A stretch of 55,450 nucleotides of DNA, from positions 1-55,450 of the forward strand of contig CAZWGB010000002.1 of NCBI GenBank assembly GCA_964633465.1, given 5' to 3'. Position 1 is the first letter of the stretch; every line of letters starts with the position of its first letter. This stretch comes from an uncultured Woeseiaceae bacterium. Its GTDB lineage: Bacteria > Pseudomonadota > Gammaproteobacteria > Steroidobacterales > UBA11654. Below, one piece after another: positions 1-9,802 of this stretch. The notes under the pieces were generated by a model that saw only the letters and a list, made by a program, of their open reading frames with translations, had not been told where the DNA came from and ran no database searches. The position numbers were made by a program, and so were the translations under genes.

Positions 1-232
1 CATTATGTAGCGCCAATCTGAACCTGTTGGCACCAAACGTGTTGGTAAGAATAAGGTCTGACCCAGCTTCAATAAAATTTTGATGATTAAGGTAAACGCG
101 GTCAGGAAATTCTAAATTCCAAAGTTCCGGTGGATCCCCTGATTCGAGGCCCATTGAAAACAAGTTGGTTCCAGTGGCACCATCAGCGAGGATCCAACCT
201 TTTGCAGCAATTAATTTTTCAATTTTATTCAT
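1..232 (-). CDS. homocysteine S-methyltransferase-domain protein (5' part only; gene continues past the left edge)
   Basis: Not in the ORF track. My own reverse-strand translation from ATG (232-230) gives MNKIEKLIAAKGWILADGATGTNLFSMGLESGDPPELWNLEFPDRVYLNHQNFIEAGSDLILTNTFGANRFRLALHN. The DG.TGT ... ELWN ... AGSD.I.TNTF.AN pattern is that of the Hcy-binding domain of MetH/BHMT/MmuM-type enzymes. Confidence 0.6.
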   Translation of the reverse strand, partial: MNKIEKLIAAKGWILADGATGTNLFSMGLESGDPPELWNLEFPDRVYLNHQNFIEAGSDLILTNTFGANRFRLALHN

Positions 233-383
233 AAAAAAACCCGACAGCCATGGCCTATCGAGTCTTATACTTTTTAGCAAATTTTTTTTATAGCGTCTGC
301 AAGCTGCTCAAATCAACGCTGGCTATACCAGTTACGGTAGATTGCTATTATAATTGAATTAATCCCATTATTTAAATTTTTTT

Positions 384-1430
384 ATGGCTAACAATCAAAA
401 AAATATTACCTATTTAAAGCCCATAAAAGATTCTTTGGGCAGACCGCTGAAAGATTTGAGAATTTCTGTAATGGATCGCTGTAATTTTCGCTGTACCTAT
501 TGTATGCCGGAAGAAAAATACCATCCAAAGTTTAAATTTCTACCTTCAAATCAACGCCTGTCTTTCGAGGATATCCTTCGAATTACCAAGAATTTTGTTA
601 GCTTGGGCGTTGATAAAATAAGGATAACAGGCGGGGAACCCCTACTAAGAGTTAATCTAACTGACCTTATTGGCGATCTCAGTCGTATTGATGGTATTAA
701 GGATATTGCTTTAACCACCAATGGTGTCCTGCTGGCTAAATATGCTTCTGAGCTAAAGGCAGCTGGTCTGGACCGAGTAACTGTGAGTCTAGATTCAATC
801 AATGCAAATGAGTTCAAGGCTATGACCGGTGGTCGAGGCTCACTCGATAGAGTATTGGCAGGGATAGAAGAAGCACAGGTCGCGCGCATTAAAAATATTA
901 AGGTTAATGCTGTTATTAAGCGCGACATCAACGATCAGAAGATACTCAAGATGGTGGAGTATTTTAGGTCTTCGTCTATTATTTTAAGATTTATAGAATA
1001 TATGGATGTGGGCAACATCAATCATTGGAAGAAATCCGAAACCGTGCCAAGCCAAGAAATTGTTGAATTGATTAAGACAAAATGGCCAATGCAAGCAATC
1101 GAGCCAAATTATAAAGGAGAGGTGGCGTCCAGGTATCGATTTAAGGATGGAAAAGGTGAGCTTGGTTTTATTTCTTCGGTGACCAAACCATTTTGTGGAT
1201 CCTGTTCCAGAGCGAGACTTTCTTCCGATGGCAAGCTCTACAACTGCTTGTTTGCCTCGACTGGCCAAGACGTAAAACTCTGGCTTAAGGAAGAACTGAA
1301 TGACCATGAAATCCAACAAAGGATTCATTCAATCTGGTCTGAGCGAACTGACCGCTACAGTGAACTAAGAGCGCAGAACCTTACAGAAGTCGGCAAACAG
1401 AAAGTAGAAATGTATTATATTGGTGGTTGA
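384..1430 (+). CDS. moaA: GTP 3',8-cyclase MoaA (radical SAM, molybdenum cofactor biosynthesis)
   Basis: 348 aa. Has the CNFRCTYCMP radical-SAM CxxxCxxC motif, a second Cys cluster CGSCSRARLSSDGKLYNCLF and a C-terminal ..YIGG as in E. coli MoaA. Confidence 0.95.
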   Translation: MANNQKNITYLKPIKDSLGRPLKDLRISVMDRCNFRCTYCMPEEKYHPKFKFLPSNQRLSFEDILRITKNFVSLGVDKIRITGGEPLLRVNLTDLIGDLSRIDGIKDIALTTNGVLLAKYASELKAAGLDRVTVSLDSINANEFKAMTGGRGSLDRVLAGIEEAQVARIKNIKVNAVIKRDINDQKILKMVEYFRSSSIILRFIEYMDVGNINHWKKSETVPSQEIVELIKTKWPMQAIEPNYKGEVASRYRFKDGKGELGFISSVTKPFCGSCSRARLSSDGKLYNCLFASTGQDVKLWLKEELNDHEIQQRIHSIWSERTDRYSELRAQNLTEVGKQKVEMYYIGG

Positions 1431-1458
1431 TTTTATTTACTGATTAGAGGTAAGAGCT

Positions 1459-3096
1459 ATGCTAGGTTCAATGATGGACACTCCCTTGTTGATTTCATCT
1501 CTGATGGATCACGCAGAAAAGAATTTTCCAGAGCAAGAGATAGTATCGGTTGCTGCTGACAATCCTAACCATCGTTATACATTCCATGATGCTTTTAGGA
1601 GAACCAGACAATTAGCAAATGCTCTTGAATCATTAGATATAAAGCTAGGCGACAGAGTAGGAACATTGGCTTGGAATGACCACCGCCATTTTGAGCTTTA
1701 CTATGCCGTTTCCTGCTCAGGCGCAATATGCCATACGGTTAATCCTAGATTATTTCCCGAACAACTGGTTTACATCATCAATCATGCCGAGGATCGAGTT
1801 ATGTTTTGTGACCCAATGTTTGTGCCTTTATTGGAAAGTATCCAAGATCAACTGGAATTTATCGAGCACGTCATTGTTTTAACGTCAGAGGATCAAATGC
1901 CTTCGTCTTCACTTTCGAATCTTCTTTGCTATGAAACTCTCATTGCAGAACAATCCGATGTATATGAATGGCCTAAATTTGACGAGAAAACGGCTAGCGC
2001 TATGTGTTATACATCAGGCACGACTGGCAATCCAAAAGGTGTTTTGTACAATCATCGCTCAACCATTTTGCATGCCTATGCAGCTGCTTTACCCGATGTT
2101 TTTGGTATCTCAGCAAGTGACTGCATCCTGCCCATAGTTCCGATGTTTCACGTTAATGCTTGGGGTACTATTTACTCGGGACCATTATGCGGAAGCAAAA
2201 TTGTTTTGCCTGGATCCAAAATGGCTGATGGAGAAACCCTTCAACGATTGATCGAATCAGAGCAAGTAACTGTTTCCCAAGGAGTTCCAACTGTATGGTT
2301 AGCATTACTGGCTTATCTCCAGGAATCAGGCAAACAAATCCACAGTTTGAAGCGAGTGATTACCGGCGGAGCAGCTTGTCCTGCCGTCATTGCCCAGGAA
2401 ATGAAAGAAAAGCACAATGTCTATGTCCATGTGGCTTGGGGCATGACAGAAATGAGCCCATTGGGTACTTTTAATCAGTTTAAACCAGGAATGGAAGATC
2501 TCGAAGGTGATGAGTTGTTAGAGGCCCAGTTAAAGGCAGGTCGAGGGGTTTACGGTGTGGAAATGAAAATTACCGATGACGAGAACAAAGAATTGCCTTG
2601 GGATGGAGTGGCTTTTGGTAGCCTCAAAGTTCGTGGAGCCTGGGTTCTCAGCGACTACTTTAAGGCAGAGCCTGGAACAACACTTGAGGAAGACGGTTGG
2701 TTTGAAACCGGTGATGTAGCCACCATTGATGAACGTGGCTTTATGGCAATCACCGACAGAACTAAGGATGTGATTAAATCGGGTGGAGAATGGATTAGCT
2801 CAATTGATCTTGAGAACACAGCTACCAATCACCCCAAAGTTGCAGAAGCTGCAGTCATCGGGGTGAATCACCCCAAATGGACGGAAAGACCACTGTTGCT
2901 TGTTCAAGCTAAGGATGGAGAAGAACTCAGTAAGGATGAAATACTCCAATGGTATGAAGGCAAGGTAGCAAAATGGTGGATCCCAGATGATGTTGTCTTT
3001 GTTGATTCATTGCCTCACACAGCAACTGGTAAAATCCAAAAATTTGAGCTTAGAAAGACCTACAAAGATCATCAACTGCCGGATATCGATACCTAA
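1459..3096 (+). CDS. AMP-dependent acyl-CoA synthetase / fatty-acid--CoA ligase
   Basis: 545 aa. Has the AMP-binding signature [12 protein letters not shown], then GWFETGD and a C-terminal [15 protein letters not shown] lies upstream of the ATG. Confidence 0.9.
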   Translation: MLGSMMDTPLLISSLMDHAEKNFPEQEIVSVAADNPNHRYTFHDAFRRTRQLANALESLDIKLGDRVGTLAWNDHRHFELYYAVSCSGAICHTVNPRLFPEQLVYIINHAEDRVMFCDPMFVPLLESIQDQLEFIEHVIVLTSEDQMPSSSLSNLLCYETLIAEQSDVYEWPKFDEKTASAMCYTSGTTGNPKGVLYNHRSTILHAYAAALPDVFGISASDCILPIVPMFHVNAWGTIYSGPLCGSKIVLPGSKMADGETLQRLIESEQVTVSQGVPTVWLALLAYLQESGKQIHSLKRVITGGAACPAVIAQEMKEKHNVYVHVAWGMTEMSPLGTFNQFKPGMEDLEGDELLEAQLKAGRGVYGVEMKITDDENKELPWDGVAFGSLKVRGAWVLSDYFKAEPGTTLEEDGWFETGDVATIDERGFMAITDRTKDVIKSGGEWISSIDLENTATNHPKVAEAAVIGVNHPKWTERPLLLVQAKDGEELSKDEILQWYEGKVAKWWIPDDVVFVDSLPHTATGKIQKFELRKTYKDHQLPDIDT

Positions 3097-3113
3097 TTTT
3101 CTTTTGATTTAAT

Positions 3114-3950
3114 GTGAATAAATCAGCAAGTATCACCATTCTCCAGAATGATCAAGGAGTTACAGAGGAGATTACTGATCAGGTGACCATTGAGGAGCCC
3201 CTGGAATTTAGTATTGCTTTTGGCCTGCAATCTTCTCGGGAAATAAAAAGCATCGCAATCACCATGCGCACACCAGGCAATGATTTCGAATTGGTTCTCG
3301 GGTTTTTGTATTCAGAGGGCATTATTAAAAATAAAAGTGATTTCCAATCAATCACGCGGATGGATAACTTGGAAGATCAGAGCAATACTGAAAATACAGT
3401 CTTGGTAGAACTCGATGAAACTCTGAGTGTGGATCCACAGAAAATCAGAAACCTTTACATCAACTCCTCTTGCGGTATTTGTGGTAGTCAGGTTGTGGAC
3501 GGCATAGGATCCTTGCAACAGTATCACTCTTTAAAGAGTGATTTTTTGGTTACTGAATCGGTTCTTCGAACCCTGCCTGATCGCATACAAAAACAACAAG
3601 ATGCATTTAGTCATACAGGTGGATTGCATGCTTCTGCATTGTTTAATCAGCAGGGATCAATTCTCGGTTTATATGAGGATGTAGGACGCCATAACGCGCT
3701 TGACAAACTAATTGGTAGTGAGCTGCAAAAAAACAACCTACCTTTATTGGAATGCGGTTTGATTTTAAGTGGTCGTACCAGTTTTGAGCTCATTCACAAG
3801 GCAGCACTGGCTGGAATACCACTCGTTGTTTCCATTGGCGCACCTTCAAGTTTAGCCATTGAGGCTGCTTGGGAATATGAAATTACCTTAGCAGGTTTCC
3901 TGCAAACCAATCGATTTAATATTTATTCGTTTCCAAGGCGGATTAAATAA
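3114..3950 (+). CDS. fdhD: formate dehydrogenase accessory sulfurtransferase FdhD
   Basis: 278 aa. Shows the FdhD-family landmarks SSCGICG and GRHNALDKLIG. Apparent GTG start. Confidence 0.85.
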   Translation: MNKSASITILQNDQGVTEEITDQVTIEEPLEFSIAFGLQSSREIKSIAITMRTPGNDFELVLGFLYSEGIIKNKSDFQSITRMDNLEDQSNTENTVLVELDETLSVDPQKIRNLYINSSCGICGSQVVDGIGSLQQYHSLKSDFLVTESVLRTLPDRIQKQQDAFSHTGGLHASALFNQQGSILGLYEDVGRHNALDKLIGSELQKNNLPLLECGLILSGRTSFELIHKAALAGIPLVVSIGAPSSLAIEAAWEYEITLAGFLQTNRFNIYSFPRRIK

Positions 3951-3954
3951 GAAC

Positions 3955-4590
3955 TCAGGAATTGTACTTAACAAACATATTGGTAGTCATTTCCTGACCA
4001 ATTGATGTCTCTGGACCATGTCCAGGTATAACAAGGGTTTTTTCATCCAGTGAATACAATCTTTTTTGAATGGATTGTTTGAGTGTATTGAAGTCCCCAC
4101 CCGGTAGATCTGTGCGTCCTACAGAGCCCAGAAAAAGGGTATCACCAGCGACTAAAACTTTTTCGTTTTCAAAATAAAAACTTACTGAACCCAATGTGTG
4201 TCCAGGAGTGTGGATGCACTTTCCAGAGCAGTGCTCAAGATCTTGTTCGTCTTCGATTTTGTAATCTGGAGGAGGTGCGGGTTTGTACTCGATGTTAAAG
4301 AACTGACATTGAATTTCTTGGGTATCCCACAAAAAGCGATCTGCCTCATGCAGATAAATAGGTGCTTCCGTAACATCTTTAATCTCAGCAGAAGCTAGGA
4401 AATGATCAAGATGAGCATGGGTGTGAAAAATTCCTTTAATGGTCAAATTCATCTTGCGGATGGTCTCCAGGATAGTATCGGCATCCCCGCCTGGGTCTAT
4501 CACATAACCCATTCCAGTTTTGGTATTCCCAATAATCGTGCAGTTGCATTGCAACGGACCTACAGGGAATGACTTATAAACAATTGCCAT
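3955..4590 (-). CDS. MBL-fold metallo-hydrolase (glyoxalase II-like)
   Basis: 211 aa. Has the HTHAHLDH (HxHxDH) zinc motif, and later TPGHTLGS and GDTLF typical of hydroxyacylglutathione hydrolase-like proteins. Confidence 0.85.
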   Translation of the reverse strand: MAIVYKSFPVGPLQCNCTIIGNTKTGMGYVIDPGGDADTILETIRKMNLTIKGIFHTHAHLDHFLASAEIKDVTEAPIYLHEADRFLWDTQEIQCQFFNIEYKPAPPPDYKIEDEQDLEHCSGKCIHTPGHTLGSVSFYFENEKVLVAGDTLFLGSVGRTDLPGGDFNTLKQSIQKRLYSLDEKTLVIPGHGPETSIGQEMTTNMFVKYNS

Positions 4591-4681
4591 AATGTTCGTT
4601 TCTCAGTAACTTGGTTACAGCCAGAGCGCTAGTTTCAAAGTTTAGCGTCTTGGTGCAGTTGATTATAATGAAGTTTTAACC

Positions 4682-6385
4682 GTGTACCAGTCTTTAGAAA
4701 ATTTATCCATTGAGAGACGTTTTGTAACACTTACAGATCGCCAGGTCCACTATCGTATTTCAGGCGATGGACCACCTTTGCTATTGTTGCATCAAAGCCC
4801 AACATCTTCTGCTGAAATGGCTACCACCATTGAGTACTTTGCCGACGAGTTCACAGTCATTGCCCCGGATACACCAGGTTTTGGACTGTCTGATTACAAG
4901 GAAGGCACCCCATCCGATATCACTGTCTATGCTCAGATGGTAAAGGAATTCATCGACGCTTTAGATTTATCAGAGCTCTGTATTTATGGATTTCACACTG
5001 GAGCTATTATAGGAGCTGAGATGGCAAGGCTTTATCCCGATCTTTGCAAGGCAGTGGTAGTAAATGGTCTTTGGGTTGCTGATAAAGATGAAGTAGATCT
5101 TATTTTGCAACATTACACTAAATGGTACGAACCGACTCCGGAGGGCAGCCAAATGCCCTGGATCTGGTCTAGACTCAGAGATCAGTTGATTTTTTTCCCC
5201 TGGTTCTTGAAAGAAGGAAATTACAGATTGAGCCTAGATTTGCCAGAACCAGAAATGAAGCAACCTTTTGTGTTGGATCTTTTGAGGACAACTGAGAAGG
5301 CTCAGACGGCCTACAGAGCAGCATTCTTGTATCCATCCAAAGAAAGAATTCAGGAAATCAAGACACCCACATTTCTTTTGAATTATCAGGGCGACCCAAT
5401 CGGAAACCACCCACAGCGGTTGGAGACTGTTCCTGATTGCGTCCAGATAGAGCTTCTAGAAGACCCTAATGCTGTTGAAGTGAGAGCGCGAGAAATTTTT
5501 AAGGAATTTTCGCCTGCAAAAGCAACCATTCAACCACAGGCTTTTGTAATGACGGAAAAAATTAACAGGCCTAAAGGTTTTGTCCATACTTCCTTTGGTC
5601 CAGTATTCTATCACCAGGAAATGGCCCAATCGCAAATGGATCAAGGGACTCACCAACCGGTGGTTTTTTTACATGATTTTGGTACTTCCTCAAATGCCAC
5701 AATGGAGATTTCAAATTATTGTCAGGGCACTAATCAAAGACTATTCGTTGATCTGCCTGGGCATGGGGAAACAGGAGTGACCTACCTAGAGGATTACTAC
5801 CCAAGTTCCATTGCTAAAATGTTGGCAGATGGGCTGAAGCAATTAAATTTGGGTGAAATTCACCTTCTTTCAATGGGCATATCGAGTTCCATTGCCTTGG
5901 AATTGAGCTTAATCGACAGTTTGCAAGTCAAGCAATTGTCTTTCATTGATCCCTGGTGTCCAAATGCAATTGAAATTGATTCAATGAGTCATCATTACGC
6001 TCCTGATTTAAGTCCTTCTGAGTATGGCGAGCATCTAATGAGAGCCTGGTATTTTGCTCGTGACAGCGAACTTTATTTCCCTTGGTACGATACAAAAAAT
6101 ACCAATGCATTGAAACGAGAGCCTGAGATTGATCCCCAAACAACTCATCGTCGAGCAGTGGATGCTCTTAAAGCTGGAGAAGAATTGCAACGACTTGCCA
6201 ACGATTTAATTGACTATGATGTGAGAGCAAATTTGCAAGATATACCTTTCAATACGAAGGTCTATTCATGGACTGGAAATAGAAGGGAAAATTTTGCTGA
6301 ACGGATTCATCGAGCAATAAGCGGTTCAAAATTGTATTATTTGCCAGAGAGCAAATCTCAGTGGTCCATAAATTTATCGGATTAA
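4682..6385 (+). CDS. double alpha/beta-hydrolase-fold protein, function unknown
   Basis: 567 aa with a GTG start and no signal peptide. Two tandem halves each start like an alpha/beta hydrolase: LLLLHQSPTSS...IYGFHTGA and VVFLHDFGTSS...LLSMGISSS. There is no canonical GxSxG. Confidence 0.75.
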   Translation: MYQSLENLSIERRFVTLTDRQVHYRISGDGPPLLLLHQSPTSSAEMATTIEYFADEFTVIAPDTPGFGLSDYKEGTPSDITVYAQMVKEFIDALDLSELCIYGFHTGAIIGAEMARLYPDLCKAVVVNGLWVADKDEVDLILQHYTKWYEPTPEGSQMPWIWSRLRDQLIFFPWFLKEGNYRLSLDLPEPEMKQPFVLDLLRTTEKAQTAYRAAFLYPSKERIQEIKTPTFLLNYQGDPIGNHPQRLETVPDCVQIELLEDPNAVEVRAREIFKEFSPAKATIQPQAFVMTEKINRPKGFVHTSFGPVFYHQEMAQSQMDQGTHQPVVFLHDFGTSSNATMEISNYCQGTNQRLFVDLPGHGETGVTYLEDYYPSSIAKMLADGLKQLNLGEIHLLSMGISSSIALELSLIDSLQVKQLSFIDPWCPNAIEIDSMSHHYAPDLSPSEYGEHLMRAWYFARDSELYFPWYDTKNTNALKREPEIDPQTTHRRAVDALKAGEELQRLANDLIDYDVRANLQDIPFNTKVYSWTGNRRENFAERIHRAISGSKLYYLPESKSQWSINLSD

Positions 6386-6410
6386 CATATATTCTAAGGA
6401 GATATTAATT

Positions 6411-7982
6411 ATGAGTCAGGCTGAAAAAGAAGCAATTTCTGTTCTAACTGCTGTAATTGGCAAAAAGTATGTTTTGACAGACAAAAAGTCGGTGGAATTT
6501 TATTCTATGGATGTTTATCGCTCTTTTGAGGTTCCAATTGCGGTTGTTCAGCCAGGCAGTGTGGAAGAATTGCAAGAAGTTGTTAGAGTGGCCACAGGTT
6601 TGGGTATAGCTATTGTGACCAGAGGAGGAGGCGCTTCTTACACAGATGGTTACTTAGCTACCACCCCAAAATCAATCACTATTGATACATCCAGACTTAA
6701 TAAAATAGTGGAAATTAATGAAGAAGATATGTTGGTAACTGTTGAACCAGGAGTCACCTGGGCAGAAATGTCAGCAACATTGGCAGCAAAAAATCTTCGC
6801 ACCCCATTCTGGGGACCTTTTTCTGGTTTGAAAGCCACAGTTGGAGGTTCTACTTCTCAGAATAGTTTAAGCATGGGAACAAGTGCTTATGGAGGATCTC
6901 CTGAATCAATCCTCTGTTATGAAATCGTTCTACCCAGTGGAAAAATTTTAAAAACGGGATCTTCTTCTATGGAAAATAGCCCTGCTTTTTTTAGGCATTA
7001 TGGTCCTGATTTAACCGGACTTTTCTCAGGCGACGCTGGGGCTCTGGGAGTGAAGGCAAGAATTACGCTTAGATTAATAAAACTACCTAGTCATACTCTA
7101 ACATGTTCATTTGGCTTTAAAGACTATGGATCTATGAGTAAGGGCATGGCAGCAGCTGCTAGAGAGCAATCAGTATCCAGTAACTGGGGTGTAGATCCAA
7201 AATTACAACAAGGTCAACTAGGCAGAGTAACATTATCCGATGCAATTAAAGCAGCCTATGCAGTTTTAAGAACAGCAAGAAACCCATTTGAGGCAATTGT
7301 CCAACTTGGAAAAATGGCCTTGGCTGGCAAACGTTTTTTAACAGGGTTTGATTATTCAGCTCATTTTGTTGTTGAAGGCTATAGTGTTGCTGAGGTTAAA
7401 AGTAAATTAGCCCAAACCAGAAAAGCAGTGGGCTCTTATGGAACTGAAATTGCGAATACAATACCTACTGTACTGGGTGCGATGCCTTTTATGCCTTTGT
7501 ACCCAATATTAGGGCCTCAAGGTGAAAGGTGGGTTCCTATGCACGGGTTTTTGCCCTTTTCAAGAATGCAAGATTTTCACGATCGCCTGATTCAACTCTA
7601 TGATGACAAAAAAGAAAAAATGGAAACACATTCGGTTGAAGCAGGTGCTATGTTTATGACCTATTCCACCCACAGTTTCCTTTATGAAGTTGCACTGTAT
7701 TGGAAAGATGATCGTTCGCTATATCACAAAACCTATTTGGATCAGGATTATTTGGATATGCTACCAGTCCATGATGAAAACCAAGCAGGACGGGCTTTGG
7801 TTGCTGAGATCAGAAGTAAAATTCAGGACATATATTCAGAATTAGGAGCTGTTCATTTCCAAGTAGGCAAAAGCTACCCTTACCAGAAGGGAAGGCAGGA
7901 AGAAGCAGCAAAAGCCTTAAAAGACATCAAAGATTCAATTGATCCAGATAATTTGATGAATCCTGGTGCTTTGGGACTGTAA
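6411..7982 (+). CDS. FAD-binding (FAD_binding_4 / GlcD-like) oxidoreductase
   Basis: 523 aa. Has an N-terminal VVQPGSVEELQEVVR...VTRGGGASYTDG FAD-binding pattern and the size of D-lactate/glycolate oxidase-type flavoenzymes. A strong AAGGAG lies 9 nt upstream. No signal peptide. Confidence 0.85.
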   Translation: MSQAEKEAISVLTAVIGKKYVLTDKKSVEFYSMDVYRSFEVPIAVVQPGSVEELQEVVRVATGLGIAIVTRGGGASYTDGYLATTPKSITIDTSRLNKIVEINEEDMLVTVEPGVTWAEMSATLAAKNLRTPFWGPFSGLKATVGGSTSQNSLSMGTSAYGGSPESILCYEIVLPSGKILKTGSSSMENSPAFFRHYGPDLTGLFSGDAGALGVKARITLRLIKLPSHTLTCSFGFKDYGSMSKGMAAAAREQSVSSNWGVDPKLQQGQLGRVTLSDAIKAAYAVLRTARNPFEAIVQLGKMALAGKRFLTGFDYSAHFVVEGYSVAEVKSKLAQTRKAVGSYGTEIANTIPTVLGAMPFMPLYPILGPQGERWVPMHGFLPFSRMQDFHDRLIQLYDDKKEKMETHSVEAGAMFMTYSTHSFLYEVALYWKDDRSLYHKTYLDQDYLDMLPVHDENQAGRALVAEIRSKIQDIYSELGAVHFQVGKSYPYQKGRQEEAAKALKDIKDSIDPDNLMNPGALGL

Positions 7983-7995
7983 TCTTCGTTAAGTG

Positions 7996-9783
7996 ATGTT
8001 TGTTAAGTTGTCGCGAATAAGCATTCTTGTTTTTAGCGTTCTTCTTTTTGGTTGTTCTGATACACAACACAAATCAAAAGAAAGCACTTTTCAGGGAGAG
8101 AAAATAGGGGTTCTCTATGTTTCCCATGGTGGGTTTGAGACATATGGAGAGAAGCAAATGTGGGATTCAACCATGCAGATTTTCTCCTACGATCAAAATA
8201 GCCCGGTTTACCAACAAATCCTTTGGAACGCTGATTATTGGCCTCAAATACTTAAATTTGGCAATGCCTCTAAAGAAATTGGCAAGTATTCATTTGAATA
8301 CAAACGGATTGGAGGCGTGGATCCGTACCCAGAGTCAAAACGTAAAACAACAGCAGAACTAAGCTCCGTTTTGACCAGTTATGAAAATCGTTTGGGAGTC
8401 GATTTTATCGTTGATTCCATGACCTGGATCAGTCCCAACCCGGGTGAACTGGCAAACCCCAGAATGCTCTACAACCCTGGGGTTTCAAATGGTAATCCTC
8501 TACGATATTGTGGTTCCGGTGACCCAAGCTGGAGTCTTTGTAATAAGGATCGTTACAATGTTGATGGCCCCATCGAACGGATGGTAAAAAGTGGTGTTGA
8601 TCGAATCATCCTGATTGATTTAACCACTGCAGGAGCGAGGTTTTCAAAAACCTATGATGTTTATACGACTGCTAGAAAAGTCATTGATGACTACAACAAA
8701 AGCCAACAAACTGAGGTTACAATCGAATGGGTGAATGATCCCAAGGAGTTGATGATTGGATCCTATCCAACCAAGCCCAAGGGCTGGACCCGATCCACAG
8801 GTATCCCGGAAGAAAATCCCATACTCGATCACAGCGAATACCCGAATCCTGTAATCAGCGATTTAAGATTGGCACAGTTTCAGGTTGAAGGAATCGAGGC
8901 AGAATTTGATGCTGAAATTGCTTTAGAGAATACAGGAGTACTGATGGTCAATCATGGTATTCTCGCTATGAATCAAGTGTTTGATCCAAAAATCAATGAC
9001 ACTCTCATCCTCAATCAAAACATTAAGGATTTGTTGTTGAAAAAGCATCCAGAGATGCAAACCAAGAACATACTTGGCGGTTGGTTTGGCGATATGGTAA
9101 GAAATGAGTTGGTAAAACCAGGTCCTCCAGTTTTTACCCAATTGGAGCGGACGAGAGAGATGCGCGGTGAGAATCTGGGTTATATTCTTCTTCACGATAC
9201 GCAAAATCAAATGCCACAGGGAGATTGGGGGTTTCGTTACTGGCAGGCACTCGAGCAGCTAAAAAACAATGGTGTCCAACATATCGTGGTAGTTTTCCCC
9301 CAGATAATGGAAAATTCAGTACTAAACCTGGTGGAAGTACCCAATCAAATAGCCAAAGAAATCGGCTATAGCAATTGGTCTAAAATTGAACAACTCGATT
9401 TTACAACCTATCCCGAAGTTGGCCATCCTTTTGCCGACTATTGGGGTATATGGGTCAAAAAAATGTGCAAAGTTTTATCAGATCCTGAACAGAGAAAACC
9501 TTGCTGTTTTAAGATGGGCGGATGCGCTAATGGTCAACCTTATCCTCCACCCAGGCAAGCACCTTTAAACGAGAGACGAGATGACCTGGATCCATCTCTT
9601 GCTTTTGATGTGTCACATTTCGGTCATCTGGGTTATGATTCTGAATTTGGAATGCCGAGTGAAAGGCAGCCGGTGCAAAATCAGTACACTGGAACATGGT
9701 CAATGTGGAAGGTTACAGATGACCACAGGGCAGTGGCAGAATTTCTGGCAGACAAGGTTGTTGAGCATTTGGAGACACATTAG
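7996..9783 (+). CDS. exported lipoprotein with ferrochelatase/CbiK-like (class II chelatase) fold, function unknown
   Basis: 595 aa counted from the ATG at 7996; the ORF track starts 3 nt earlier at a GTG. Has a lipoprotein signal ...VLLFG|C. Ordered chelatase-like landmarks are GVLYVSHGG, YKRIGGVDP, VDRIILIDL, GVLMVNHG, VVVFPQIMENSVLNLVE and AEFLADKVVEHL. Confidence 0.7.
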   Translation: MFVKLSRISILVFSVLLFGCSDTQHKSKESTFQGEKIGVLYVSHGGFETYGEKQMWDSTMQIFSYDQNSPVYQQILWNADYWPQILKFGNASKEIGKYSFEYKRIGGVDPYPESKRKTTAELSSVLTSYENRLGVDFIVDSMTWISPNPGELANPRMLYNPGVSNGNPLRYCGSGDPSWSLCNKDRYNVDGPIERMVKSGVDRIILIDLTTAGARFSKTYDVYTTARKVIDDYNKSQQTEVTIEWVNDPKELMIGSYPTKPKGWTRSTGIPEENPILDHSEYPNPVISDLRLAQFQVEGIEAEFDAEIALENTGVLMVNHGILAMNQVFDPKINDTLILNQNIKDLLLKKHPEMQTKNILGGWFGDMVRNELVKPGPPVFTQLERTREMRGENLGYILLHDTQNQMPQGDWGFRYWQALEQLKNNGVQHIVVVFPQIMENSVLNLVEVPNQIAKEIGYSNWSKIEQLDFTTYPEVGHPFADYWGIWVKKMCKVLSDPEQRKPCCFKMGGCANGQPYPPPRQAPLNERRDDLDPSLAFDVSHFGHLGYDSEFGMPSERQPVQNQYTGTWSMWKVTDDHRAVAEFLADKVVEHLETH

Positions 9784-9802
9784 TAAATAAAGGAAATCAC
9801 TG

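Noticed and set aside
233-383. Possible Moco (molybdenum cofactor) riboswitch in the 151-nt leader of moaA. GGCCTATCGAGTC vaguely resembles the conserved CCUCCGAGCC segment.
   Set aside because: The leader is AT-rich with long T runs. I could not draw the multi-stem structure or find the other conserved segments, and my memory of the consensus is imperfect. An Infernal search with Rfam RF01055 would decide; a score above the gathering threshold would overturn this rejection.
551-1328. Antisense ORFs of 126 and 114 aa inside moaA. There are many similar ORFs of 60-135 aa opposite or out of frame with other genes (for example 11542-11871, 12769-13122, 21116-21505, 23138-23485, 42388-42795 and 53877-54248).
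   Set aside because: Each lies entirely within a gene whose own frame gives a full-length, motif-rich recognisable protein. Their translations are low-complexity or shadow-frame-like and have no recognisable motifs.
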